Shown: one piece after another, positions 36,874 to 50,390 of the stretch | Numbering within the stretch: the stretch's first letter is position 1 | How the letters are laid out: the number at the start of each line of letters is the position of its first letter | Assembly: GCF_001194135.2 (NCBI RefSeq) | Contig: NC_068983.1 | Location: 134,843,556 to 134,899,972 of the forward strand | Reading direction: 5' to 3' | Length of the DNA stretch: 56,417 nucleotides | DNA from: Octopus bimaculoides | Taxonomy: Eukaryota | Made by a program: the position numbers and the translations under genes | The notes under the pieces: model-generated | Told to the model about the DNA's origin: nothing | Seen by the model: only the letters and a program-made list of their open reading frames with translations | The model's database searches: none

Positions 36874-38647
36874 TTTTTGTACCTGTTTACATACATAATA
36901 CTACAATTAGCTGTCATTTTTTATGGCACAGGGCCAACTAGTCTACTAAGAAAACTAGTTGGCTGCAACATAACATCTTATGAAGAAAACTTTATTTGCT
37001 CAAGTCAGTTTAGATTTTGATACTCAGAGTTCCATATTTGGGTCCAAACCTCAAATGAGGTGAATTGGTGGTAAAAATTCTGGCAGGGGCAGATGAAGAG
37101 AGGAGGAGAGCTTGAGTGAGTATGTGTGATGGTGAATAATAAAATAAAAGAATGAGAGAAAGACGGTATAATTCGATGAAGAAGCAAAAATAGGAAGTAA
37201 AAACAGTGAAAACTAGGAAACGACAAGAAGTCTCTTTAAACTATAGTACAAAGATCAAATCCTTCAATGATGGATTACTAGAGACTAATGCTTAGCTACT
37301 GTTTATGATGTGGAACAGATAAGTGACAAATCTTCATCTGGAAAGCAATCCAGCTGAGAGCAGATAACATTCCAAAATAATTTGCTATTCATTCATGACA
37401 AATTATCTGACATATAGTAGAATTATGTTTACAGCTCAGGAACACATCAAAGCATTTACAGTTAATATGAATTCAAAAACTATGAGTTGTTAGCTCAATA
37501 CTTTATCCATTTCACTATTTCATATCCATCAGAAGTATCAATTAACCAAAGATAATTAGCTTCATAATAAAGTGTTTTTTCTCAAGGATGAAACAAACCA
37601 AGCAACCCTTAAAAAGAATGAGAGCAATAGAAAATAGGAGATAGATAAAATGAAATGTGCTAGGCAATAAGTAAAATAGGAAAAACAAACTATGGCAGAC
37701 TTGCTGAAGCTGTACAATTTCAAAACATTTTTAGCCTCCAGTAGAAAACAGAAGCAAAATAACATTAAAAATGTTAAGAAGCAAAACATTCTATAATAGT
37801 TAACTAAAAGTGCTATGGAGTTACATTCACATATAGTTAACTGTTTATTTATGGGGAAGAAATACTGTAATATCGATGGGGCAGCTATAGATTTCTCATG
37901 GAAAATGATACACTCCATTGTGAGATATGCAAAACAACTAACAGGACATAAATCAATACTAACAGCTAACTAAACCTCAGTTTTGGGGATCAAAGTGTGT
38001 AATTTCCTTAACTCTATTCTGTTTAATTTGTTATAATGATGTTCTGTACTGGAAGTGAGGATATTTTCAAAGTGTATAGCTTCAGCAAGATTACTCATAC
38101 TATTTATGATGGATTCACTCTATCTAGTTAAGACAAAAAGACAAAATCTATTTGACTGGTGTAGAGTTAACATTTGAAAGAATGAATATCCGGAAGGAAA
38201 ATCACAGATTCTGATCATTCAAGTACACAGATATAAAATTTGCAGAACTATCCAATTGAAGTGAGAGAAAATAAAACTATAGACAAATAGAATATAAAAA
38301 ATACTCCTATTATTCTTTAATCCTCTGATCAAATAAACCTGTGATCAAAGGTATTTCATACAAGAGACTGTCTTTTTGTGTATCTCACTAATTATATTCT
38401 TCAATAAATGTCCCTCTTTATTTAAGATGATAGAATGTGATTTGAGGAAGACTTGGCTTCTTCAAATAGGCACAGGAATAACTGTGTGATTAAGAAGCTT
38501 TCTTCCCAATCCAGTAGTATTGGGTCCAATCCCATTGAGTGGAACCTTAAACAAGTGTCCTCTACTATAGTTCAAGGCTGACCAAAACATTCTAAGTGAG
38601 TTTGGTAGACAGAAATTGAAAGAACCCATTGCATGTATGTATGTATC

Positions 38648-39070
38648 GAGAATGGATGAGGATAGCTATGTGAAAAATGCCACACCCTAGCGGTTGAGGG
38701 AACCTGTGGAAGATGTAGACCCAGGAAGATCTGGGATGAGGTGGTGAAGCACAACCTTCGAACATTAGGCTTCACCGAAGCAATGACTTCTGACCGAGAC
38801 CTTTGGAAATATGCTGTGCGTGAGAAGACCGGGTAAGCCAAGTGAGACCTCTGCCAGGGGTGTAGCCAGCGCACTTATGTGCACCTTTCTTTCATTGGGC
38901 ACTAAACTCCACTTGTGAAGACCTGTTGAGGCAAATGAAATCGAAATTGAACCAAATTCGATGACTGGTACCCATGCCAACCTCTCCTTCTTTGGACACT
39001 AAACTCGGCTTGCAAAGACTTGTTGGGGCAAGTGAAATCGAAATCGTGGTGGTGGTGGTAGTGGTGGTGG
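38648..39070 (+). mobile_element. RTE-clade LINE 3' fragment
   Basis: RMDEDSYVKKCHTLAVEGTCG..RPRKIWDEVVKHNLRTLGFTEAMTSDRDLWKYAVREKT; the UTR has two tandem units of about 95 bp. Confidence 0.85.
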
Positions 39071-39190
39071 TAGTGGTGGTTGGTTGCTATAAATAATAGG
39101 TGAAATAATATGGCCTGCATTTAAATTAGTAACTACATGCTGGTAAAGATACTGAAAGCCATATAACAACAACAACAATAATAATAATAA

Positions 39191-42100
39191 TTCCTATCTA
39201 GCTACTGTAATGAAAAGACCACTTTGCCTTGAGGCTAGCAGTACAATGCCAAAGAAAGTGAGTTAAACATTTCTTCTTCTTCTTCTTCTTCTTCTTTTTT
39301 TTTTTGTTTATCTTCTCCAAATATTCCTATCTAGCTACTGTAATGAAAAGACTGCTTTGCCATGAGGCCAATGCAAAACCATCACCTCTTCCCCATATTC
39401 AAACTGGGAGTGAGGCAATTATTTTATATTATTTTTTCGGTTGGGACGTCAGAAACTAAACTGACAACCCCACAGAGCATGCTCTGTGAGGAGGGTATAT
39501 AAGAAAACCGAGGAACAGATATCCATTTTAAATGAAATTGATATTTGGAGCTCTGGTGAACAGAGCTTTCATACAGGGTTTAAAAAAGTAGACAGAAAGA
39601 AACTCAGTGAATGGGTGAGGAAGATAAATGGTATCACTGGTGATATCAGGAATAACAACATCACAGACACCAACACTCTAATAAATGCCATCTCGATCTT
39701 CATAGCCTGGAAGTTAGGTTTAAAAACCAAAGGTAAATGTCAACATAACTTGAAGGAACCATGGTGGAAAAGGAGAACAATGCATTCTATTAACAAGATC
39801 AGAAAACATATTAATATTCTGGAATGGAAAAAAAGAAATGAAGTTCAGTGAGAGAAATACGTTGAGCTAGAGAGGAAGTATAGGGTAAAGAGAAAGGGAA
39901 TCAATGTTGTGATTAAGGAATTAAAACAGAGGTTGAAAGCTAAAGCACATAAACTAAGGAGATATGAACAGAGAATTGAGCAGTATAGATTAAATAGACT
40001 TTTCTAACAAAATCAGAAACAAATCTATTAGGAGCTGGATGGGAAAGAAAAAAATGAAAAGGCTTTGCCAGATGCTGAAGAAAGCAAATGATTCTGGTCA
40101 CACATGTGAGAAACAACATGGCCTCAGGAGAAACAACATGAGACTAAAGCAGAGTGGTTAAAGACACTCAAAGACAAGAGTGGAGAGTATCAGCAGGAGG
40201 ATTTGAGAATAACTGAGGAGACGATTAGAGATCAGTGCAGGAAAATTCCTAACTGGAAATTGCCTGGCCCAGATGGGGTTCAGGGCTTTGGGCTTAAAAA
40301 CTTGACAGCTCTGCACAGGAGAATTGTGAGACAGATGAACGAAATACTGAGTAGTGACAGCCAAGATGACAAAAGGAAGAACAGTACTATGCCAGAAGGA
40401 CCCAAGTAAAAGGAAAGCAGTTGGAAATTTCTAACCAATATCTTGTTTGCCACTGATGTGGAAACTGATAACGGGCATCAAATCAAACAGCTTCTTTAAA
40501 TACCTAGATGAGAACGACCTACTACCAGTGGAACAAAAAGGGTCTAGATGTAAAAGCAGAGGAACAAAGGGTCAATTGCTAATCAATAAGACTATCCTAG
40601 CTGATTGCAAGAAGTGACATAAAATTTTGGTGATGTCATTGGTGGACTACAGAAAAGTATATGACATGGTCTCACACTAGTGGATTATTGAATGCTTTAA
40701 ACTGCTTAAGGTCTGCCACAATATCCTGAAGTTAATAGAAAACTCAATGACAACATGACGAACTGAACTCACAGTATGGGAAGATAAGCTGGGCGAGGTA
40801 AATATCAAAAGAGGAATCTTTCAAGGGGACAGTCTGTCGCCTCTCCTATTTGTTGTCTACATACTGCCACTAACGTGCATTTGAACAAAGATGCATTAGG
40901 GATACATGCTAGGCAGGGCGAAAGTAAACAACCTGTGGTTTATGGATGACCTAAAGCTATTCGCTAAAACTAAGAAACAAATTGTGAGTTTGACAGCAAC
41001 TGTTCAAATGATTAGCAAAGATATTGGCATGGAATTTAGGATTGAGAAATGTGGTGTAATGATTCTCAAAAGGGAGAAAGTCAGTAAAAGCCATGGGATT
41101 AGGCTGGAAAGTGGTGAAACTATAAAGGAAGTTGGAGAGGAAGGATATAAGTACCTGGGTATCATTGAAAGGGATGAAATGAATGAACTCAGCTTGTACT
41201 CCAATCGAAGTTAAATGGCCACTATAAGATTAGAGCAATTAACATGTAAGTGGATGCTTTGATGTGATAGGGATAGTATCTTGGAAGAAGCATGAATTAC
41301 AAGAGATAGACCGGAAAATATGTAAATTAATGACAATGAACAAGGAACTACATCCCAAGAGTAATGTGTCAAGATTGAATGTAAAGAGGAAAGAAGGATA
41401 GGGATTGGTGTGTTGTGAATGTTGTGTAAGGGAAGAGGAGAATAGCTTGGATTGGTATGTCAAGGGGAATAAAGAAGAAATGATTGAAGCAGTGAAAATT
41501 CAGGGACTCTTAAAAGTGAATAAAGCCATAGATCGAACACAATTTAAGAAAGACCAGAAAGTGCGGATGAAGAAAATTTGACAGGACAAGAAAATGTACA
41601 GTCAGTTCTTGAAGAATAAAGATGAGATTGATTGGAATAGAACCTGGCAATGACTGCAAAAAGGAGACTTAAAAGGGTCCACTAAGGTGTTAGTGTGCAG
41701 CACTCAAGAGCAAGCTCTCAGAACAAGCTACTCCAAATATCACATTGATAAAAGCACTGACTCGCCATAGTGTAGGATGTGCTCTGAGAAGGGAGAAAGT
41801 ANNNNNNNNNNCCATAGTGTAGGATGTGCTCTGAGAAGGGAGAAAGTATAAGCCATATTGTTAGTGAGTGCTGTAAGCTCACACAATGTGAATATATAAA
41901 AGGCGACACAACAATGTGGCCAGATATGTCCACTGGCTGTTGTGCAATAAAGCAAACCTCAAGAGAGCCAAACAATGGTATGAACATAAGCCAGAGGAAG
42001 TAATGGAAAACAAACATTACAAAATACTCTGGGATTTTAACATGCAGTGCGATCAGGTCATAGAAGCAAGATGACCAGATATCGTGCTCATCCATAAAGA

Positions 42101-42515
42101 TGAAAAAGAAGTAAAGATAATAGATGTTGCCATACCAGGTGATTCGAGGGTGAAATGTAAGGAAACAGAAAAGATTGAGAAATACCAATCGCTGTGGAAT
42201 GAAATAGGAAAGTTATGGGTCATGAGGTAAGTAATGGTGATACCAGTGGTAATTGGAGCATTAGGAGTAGTTTCCAAGGGATTTGAAAAACAGTAAGAAT
42301 ATTGGAGCTGTTGTCAGGCTCGAGGTGATCCAAAAGACAGCGTTGTTTGGCACAGCTTGCATTCTAAGGAGAATATTGTCTTTTTGAGTCACAGGAGAAG
42401 GCACTACTTGAAACCTTTGGTGATTTGTTATTGCCTGCTTTCAAGTAAAGAATAACTGGTAATTAAGAACTATACAAGTGTCTTTCAGAATTAAAATGAA
42501 CGATAATAATAATAA
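39191..42515 (+). mobile_element. R4/Dong-clade non-LTR retrotransposon (RT, CCHC knuckle, restriction-like endonuclease), decayed
   Basis: EPWWKRR, KLRRYEQR, PDAEES, IPNWKLPGPDGVQG, RGIFQGDSLSPLLF (about 40813-40851), FMDDLKLF, GYKYLGI, CRMC..KGESIAHIVSEC, R*PDI...IIDVAIPGD, IQKTALFGTA. No APE domain. (TAA)n tracts lie at both ends. Confidence 0.9.
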
Positions 42516-43904
42516 AATGGTTACAGCCTCAAGACCAAAAGTGCAATTTAAGCTGTGGATACCACTAAATTTGTAAAATTTAATGATTTGTTATTTTTCT
42601 TAACACAACTATGTCCCACAAGTGTACATGCACTTTTGATTTACCCTTCATATTTAAAGAGTTCCCTGTTATTGATCTGGATGCTCATTGGCTCTCATAA
42701 TATGTCCTTTTTTAACAAGTTCTGAATCATAAATTAACTTTTTGCAGTGGTGTTTTTTTTTTCCTTTTCATTTAACTTCTTCACTACATATATTTTGCTG
42801 GCTTAAAGTGACAATCATGGACAGCTAGTAACTTTATAATATTTTACCAGTCATCTGTCAGTTGTTTATGCTCTCGACTAAAAAACCAAACATGTCTGGC
42901 TTTCAAGAAATTATTCATTCAAGGTCAGAAGGAAAACTGAATAATTTATGATGACAAAATACTAATTGATAGGTTTCCAGGAAAGAGTGTGGCATAGACA
43001 GGAAGAGAGAGGGGGGGGAGAGAGAGAAAAGAGTGTGTTAGAAAGAGAGCCATTATGTTAAAAAGGGAAAAGAGAGAATGAGAGAGAGAGAGGGAGGAGA
43101 GAAAGAATGAAAGATAGGGTGGGAGAGAGAAAAGCAAAACAGAAACAGAGAGACAGAAAGAGAGGGTGAGAGAGGGAAATGAAACAAAGAAATTCTGAGA
43201 AAGTGGAGGTGAGAAAGAGAGAGACAACTTATATAGAATGAAATGATGAAAGGGAAGACTCTGTGTCTGGAATATTTTCTATAGTAACATTGGTTGCCAA
43301 GTAGTTCTTGTTTCATTCTGTGGATGGGATCTCCATTATCAGTGGGTCAGCTTGAATATCATCAGCAGTAGCAGTGGTGGTGCTGGCAGTGGCAGTGGTG
43401 TCATCACCATCATCGTTATCATCATCATCACCATAGTGATCATTATCATGATTATTATGATGATGATTGTCATCATCATTGTTGATGCCATTGCCATTTT
43501 AACTTCTGCTTTTCCATGCTTGCTTAGATCACACAAGTCTTCATTGAGTCAGATTTTTCTATATTTGGATGCTCTTCCCGAAGCCAACCCTCACCTGTTT
43601 CCAAACAAAGAAATATTCCCATTAACCAACACCTTTACCCACTGTGCTATGCTCATAGGCATAGTTCAATCCCAGGCAAGGCACTAAGGGGAATCACAAG
43701 ACACCTGAAGAAGGCAGGGACATACAACAGCCAAAGTGTAGTGAAAGCCACAAACAAAATGAAAACACCAGTCTAACTAATATAATCAGTATAACATAAT
43801 ATAAGTTCCTGACTTCATAAATATAGAATTGTATTAGCTTCTGATGCTGTTTTGCTGAGAACTATTCAAACCCTCTAATTTTGGTACCATGAGAAAATGC
43901 ATAC

Positions 43905-44053
43905 AGAACACTCTTTCAAGTTGGCAATACAAAAGGCTTCCAGCCATAGAAATTAAGCCAAATGACAAGGTACAAGCAACAGTCTATGGGTGAAGAGGTT
44001 TCAGTGAGAGATGAGTCAGACCATGTCAACCAGCACAGAGAGCAGATGTAAAG

Positions 44054-44089
<36 letters not shown>

Positions 44090-44311
44090 CGATGACGATG
44101 ACGATGATGATAATGGTGATGATGATGACAACAATGATGATGATGATGATGATGACAACAATGATGATGATAACGATGATAATGATGATGATGATGATGA
44201 TGATGTTGATGACAATATCGATAATGATAACGATAATGACAACGACAATGATGACGACGATGATGATGATGATGATGATGACAACAATGATGACAATGAT
44301 GATGATAACAG

Positions 44312-44347
<36 letters not shown>

Positions 44348-44400
44348 CAATGGTGATGGTGATGACGATGACAGCAACAATGATGATGACGATGTTGATG
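43905..44400 (+). repeat. Degenerate RTE-type tail followed by an expanded compound (GAT/GAC/AAT)n microsatellite of about 350 bp
   Basis: ggcttccagccatagaaa...gatgtaaag(tga)n. Confidence 0.8.
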
Positions 44401-46623
44401 AAATAAATGGAATATGTACTGAATGTTTTAACTTGTAAAATGGTCAAGGGTAGATGATGAAATGACAGGATAACAAATAGCTTTTGATTGTATGTTTCTG
44501 TTTTTAGCTTTTAGTTAGGAGAGTAGTTCGTTCCGATGACTCATTACAGGGTCTCCATGACTAAAGGAGAGGAAGAAAGAAGGGAAGGAGGAAGCTATCC
44601 TCAAACCAGAGAACTGCCTGAATGCTTTCAACGAGGGTGTGGACTCGACTAAAGGCACCAAGGTGGAAGGTAGTGGCATTAAATTAGGTGGTTGTGGTGG
44701 TGGTTGTGGCGGTGGCGGCAGAGGTGGCGGCGGCGGTTGCAGCAGCAGCAGCAGATGTCGTGGTGAAGGCAGAAGCAGTGGTGCTGGTTAGAACTAAAAG
44801 ATTCAACTGACAATATTTGCTTTGGTAGTCTGCTTATAACTTCCCCTTTTCAGGCCATGTTATTTTAGAATCATGTCCAGATTCTTTAGTTCACTTTTCT
44901 CAAAAGACACTCCATTGCAGGAAGACAATCCTCAGTAAATCTTAATGAAACAAAACTTAAGATTTTGTGCCTTCCTTCACTGTTTTTACCAAAACTTCCA
45001 TTTTACTATACTTCTTCTGTCATACTATGTCATACTACATTACACTACAAGTGACTTTATCACACCTCTCATAGTTTATCACACTTCTTACTGTCTATTA
45101 CAGTTATCCTACGACAGTTCTTTTCTCTACATAGTCATTCAGTTTTAGATTTCATCATCGCTGTCTTACCACAACTGTCTTTATAACAGTCCTCATATTC
45201 AATAATAGTTTTTACATTCTCTTACAATTTAGTTCTTTTCTCCACATTATCATTTAATTTTAGACTTCCGTCTTTTTTCTCTTTACCAGAATTATCTTTA
45301 TCATAGTTCCTGTGCTCTACAGTAGTCTATATTCTTGCACAATTCTTAAATTTCACCATGGCTCTTGTTCTTCACCCAAAGCCTTCTTTTTAGGCCACAA
45401 TCTTTCCCTCTCTTTATTATTTGCTCAAATGAAGTTAATTCAAAATGACATTAAGTAAATTGCCAAATTAAATAAAATTAACTCCAGATTCAGTTTGTTA
45501 AATGATATTTTAGAGAATTTATCTTACTTGCAAGTTAATTACCATAAGATGAGACTTTTTGTGAAATTAATTAAACAAACCTAATTATTTTTGAGATCAT
45601 GTTCGGTGCAAAAACAATGCTTAAAAGCCATAAATTTTATTCTAATAGTACAAAAAGAAACAAAAATCTATAACTACTACCTCTACTTTACTACTACAAC
45701 CACCACTACTACTATCACAACCACAATCATAATACATTCTCCTCTATCTTTGGAGGTCATAAAACATGATGAAATTACAAAAATGTATGTGATGGTGACC
45801 AAACTTCAGTTGGTGAAAAATTCCCCTCCCATTGCAGTATATTTTTGTTTTTATTTTTTTATCAACTGCAAAGAAGTATAAAAATGTAAATTAATTTTAA
45901 TAATAGTTTTGAATGTGAAAAGTTTTTCATCTTTTTTTGTGTATATGAAATAATCTGAAATGATGGAAAGTACCTATGACCTTTCCAGGTGCATGTAGGC
46001 TGATGTAATTAATTTTGTTGATATACAAGTGTCTCTAGGCAAAACACAGAATCCCAGAAGGCTGCAGTTCTCAGGAGAGATTATTGGGTGCAGTGTTTAG
46101 ATATGGTAGGGGAAACATTGTAATGGTGATGGTTACAATGGAGAGGAACAGAGGGTGTTGTAGTTGAGACAGAAGAGGCAGATATATGAAACAGTGCATT
46201 GGTGAGTGAATGCTTAAAGTTTTGCTAACCAGTTAAATGGTCTAGTTAGGAATTTAGTGCTACTGATAACATGTAACCCCATACAACCTGTCATATGGTT
46301 GGGTTATCAGCAATTAAACTGGCAACCCCATCAAGCTTGCTTGGTGAGGAGGGTGACGTTAGACACTCTGTGGGATGAAAAATAAGACCTGTTTTAACCA
46401 CCTGCTTACATGTCACAAACTTTCTAAAAATTAATCAGTGTGTTGAAGGCAACTCTCAGTAATAATGGAAATTGGACATGTAGCATTCACAAATACTTTC
46501 AGTCCATCATTGTCTTTTCCTTAAACCTCCTCCTTAGCTCCCCCTGACTTATGGCATTACCTAAACAATGTTAAGGAAATTTTAAACAGTTAACAATAAA
46601 ACCAAAATTCTCTTAGGAATAGC

Positions 46624-47280
46624 AGAGTGAGTTGCCACATCAACATGACAGGTGAATGTTACTACTAGTTTAACCCCAGGCAGATTCTCCACCAGCCAGT
46701 TTTCAATGCAACGTTCTGCATCCTTTATATACGATATATCGCTAGCAGGGAGAGCAAACCCCTACTAACCCCCATCAGCTAACAGGATCGCGGGACTGGC
46801 CCAGTTTCAAGCTAGTTGGCACTTTCTCAGCCACGTGCACCTGCACAATAGAGTGATAGCTAAGATCTGTTTCTGCTAGCAATATATTGTAAACAAAGTG
46901 ACCCTCGGTCACTGATTTGCAACAAGCAAAGTAGCTAGTTATGAAATCTCAAGAAGAGATAGAGTAGTAATGTATACTAAACAGTAGAGTGAGTTGCCAC
47001 ATCAAAGTGGCAGGTGAATGTTACTACTAGTTTAACTCCAGGCAGATTCTCTGCCAATTGGTTTTCGGTGCAACATTCTGCATCCTTTAAATACAATATA
47101 TCACTAGCAGGGGGAGCGAACCCCAACTAAACCCCATCAGCTAATAGGATTGCGGGAATGGTCCAGTTTCAAGCCAGTACTTATTTTCAATAACTAAGTA
47201 AACTGGGGCATATAGAGTTAAATGTCCTTCTTAAAAACAAAGAAACCTTGCAATGGATTTAAACTTATAAGATGGGAGCA
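46624..47280 (-). mobile_element. tRNA-type SINE (head about 47175-47280) whose 189-bp tail is directly repeated (46986-47174 and 46624-46812)
   Basis: Both copies run from agagtgagttgccacatc to ccagtttcaagc, with a period of 362 bp. The rc head has agtttaaatcc and gccccagtttac...aaaataagtactgg. Confidence 0.65.
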
Positions 47281-48289
47281 GATAATCATCTACTTTATTC
47301 TTTTTTCTCTTCTACATTTTTACACACCAAAGCTCAAATTTAATTTGCAGCACCTTATTCATTTCTTCTGACAATATTTCACTTCTTGATTTTGTTACCA
47401 TAAACTTGCTAAAATAGATTAGCAAAAACATTAACATACATTAATTTCATAAACAATGTTTCGCTGTTCATTTTCAAAAGTAATGAGAATGGTGTAAAAT
47501 TTACATAAAGAAGCAAACACTAAATCTCTGAATAGAAAAAAATTAACATGCATTTTTAATTAGATATTTTTCCTATCATTTTATATTGAGAATTTATTTA
47601 TTATATTTACAGTGAAGGCAATATTTTTAAAACATATTTTTTTGATAACTTATGTTCAATTTATACAAGCAGGCATTAAACAATTCAGAAAATGTCAATA
47701 TTTCAAAATAAATTTTTGACAGTTGAAATAATTTATGAGATAGTATACTCATATTTCATTTGATATATTATATATAAATACATATTTCATTTAATAACTA
47801 CAGCAGATTATTTTTTCAAAGTTTTGGCTGAGTTCCTTTCGAATGTTGGGCCTCATGGAAGCAATGACCAAGACCTTTGGCCTTATGTCATGTTTGAGAA
47901 GAAGACCCATCAAACCAAGCAAAATCACAGTTGTGGAAGAAATTGGTGTCATGCACTGAACTTAAAATTCCATTACAGTAAATCCTAGTAGATTTCATAT
48001 CATGATATATATTTTTATTTGTAATATGTCTGCATGAATTTTTCTCTTTCCTTCTTCTTTCCCTTTCCAGAAAAAGGTATAACTTGAACCTATCTCTTCA
48101 GTCTTTCCTTCCCTCAGATAGACATGTTTCATTGAGGGCAATGATGTCGATGTTAAATTTTGCTAGTTCTTTGGAGAAAAGAGCTGTTATACATTCTGGT
48201 CTCTCTGTGACTTGAGGATTGAGGAGCATTCACACATTCCATGTTCCAATGATTAGTTTAATTAATTAATTTAATTTAATTTCTGTTGT

Positions 48290-50390
48290 TGTTCAACCCC
48301 TTGAATGGGTGTCCTGCTGGATGCGGCTTACCAGCCAGGATTCTGTGGTGACAGCCGATATTTAGCCCACCTTTTTTTAGGGCCCTCCCCATTCAGGTTG
48401 AGCAGTGGTTTTCCCAAATAGGCCTGCCCAGTTGCAGATGTAGGACCAAGTCCTCGGGTTGTCATCAGGCCCCAGAAAGACAACCATCTTGCATCTGCTG
48501 CCAACATGCAGGTCCAGACTAGGAGTTTCTAGTTTCACCAAAACCTGCCCCCACCATCCTTATCCCATCACCATTGGGGCTTTTGTAAAAAAAAAGTGGG
48601 GAGTTGGATCAAAAAGAAACCAGCCAATAGCATGAGTTTGTTTAGGGTGGAGATCTCTTTGCCAGGTGGGTGTGGAGGCCATGTACTATGGCCTAAAATC
48701 CTGCAACAGCACTACCTGGAGTGACATGCAAGGTCCGGAAGATAGGTTGCAATGGAATGCTGCTAGCTCCAATGTCATTAGAGTTGTGCCTTTCCAGCCA
48801 GTCCATCTGGCATTGCCCTCTTCCACTAGGATCGATCATTGAATTTGGAGATTTAGCTTCCTTCACTTGATCCACCATTGGGGTCTAAATTTGGTGTAGT
48901 GAGAGACAAGGACAGTGTTCCTGTGCCCTTGTTTGAACAGATTTTATTTTTAGTTCTGATGGGTGCCTTCACACCCTCCTCCAAGATCCAGGAATTTAAA
49001 CCAAGAGAGGAGCTGGTTTAGTTGCTGATGACTCAACCAACTGTCTGAAGACTTCCCCATCACTGGAGGATGAAAACGAGGATGTGTTTTGGCCCCAATG
49101 CTCTTCTCCCTGTACCTTGCAGCAATGTTTTCTGAACTGCCTTCAGACAATCCAGGGGTCAACATTGGGTAATAGTATGATGGCGGGGTATGTTTCAACC
49201 TTACCAGATTCAAGTCTACTACTCCAGCAATCTACTACTCCAGCAATCTACTACTCCAGTGAAAAGCTTCAACAATTTAAACCAAGAGATGTGGTTTAAA
49301 GTCAACATCAAAATGACAAAAATGACAAAAACTCCAGACCTNNNNNNNNNNNNNNNNNNNNNNNNNNNNNNNNNNNNNNNNNNNNNNNNNNNNNNNNNNN
49401 NNNNNNNNNNNNNNNNNNNNNNNNNNNNNNNNNNNNNNNNNNNNNNNNNNNNNNNNNNNNNNNNNNNNNNNNNNNNNNNNNNNNNNNNNNNNNNNATGTG
49501 GTTTAAAGTCAACATCAAAATGACAAAAATGACAAAAACTCCAGACCTCAACATTACCATCTTGGAGATGCCACTGGAGAAAGTTAACCACTTTTCATAC
49601 TTACGAAATTTGCTTTCAAATAAGTGCACATTGGAAGAGGACATGGAGAACTGATTAAGAGTGGCTCACACCACGTTTGGTGGACTCAAGAAAAGGGTTT
49701 TTAAGAACGAAGATCTGAACCACAAAACAAAATTGAGTGTCTACCAAGCAGTCATGATCCCCACTCTCCTCTACAGTTATGAAACCTGGACTCTTTACCA
49801 AAAAAACTAGAGTGATTTCACCAACAGAAGCTTCACTCTATTATGAATATCAAATGGAACAACTATGTGACCGATGTTTCTGGTTTGGAGACAACAAAAA
49901 GCAGCTGCATCAAAGCTACCCTCATGAAACATCGTCTGAGATGGGCAAGCCATGTAGCAAGAATGAAAGAAACTAGGCTGCCATGTCAAATTTTATATGG
50001 TGAACTTTCCACTAGAAGAAGATTCCATGGCCATCCCCTCCATCGATACAAGGATCAGCTGAGGCAAAGCCTAAAACTGACTGGACTTAATCCCATAGCT
50101 CAGGATAGGCCCAGCTGGTACCATTCCATGTCCACTGTGACAGATTATTTTGAAGCTGAACGGCAGAAGAAAGAGGAAGAGAAATGACAAGAAAGAAAAT
50201 GGAGGTTGCAACAACCAAAGCCTCCACCACGGATCCCTAGTGAACTTTGCAATAGATGCTTTCATGCAAGAATTGGCCTCATTAGCCATCAGTGACATAA
50301 ACACGGACAGAACGGAAGAAGTGGTCAAGAAGAAACTAAATGAAATTTTCAGACACACGATAAAACACCGCCAATGATCTGCATGTTTAA
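48290..50390 (+). mobile_element. RTE-BovB-type LINE: 5' UTR, RT and C-terminal zinc finger; endonuclease region deleted
   Basis: GC-richer leader at 48290-48930. QLSEDFPITGG*KRGCVLAPMLFSLYL; TKLSVYQAVMIPTLLYSYETW; LRWASHVARM..TRLPCQILYGEL; RYKDQL; QDRPSW; CNRCFHARIGLISHQ*H. Confidence 0.9.
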
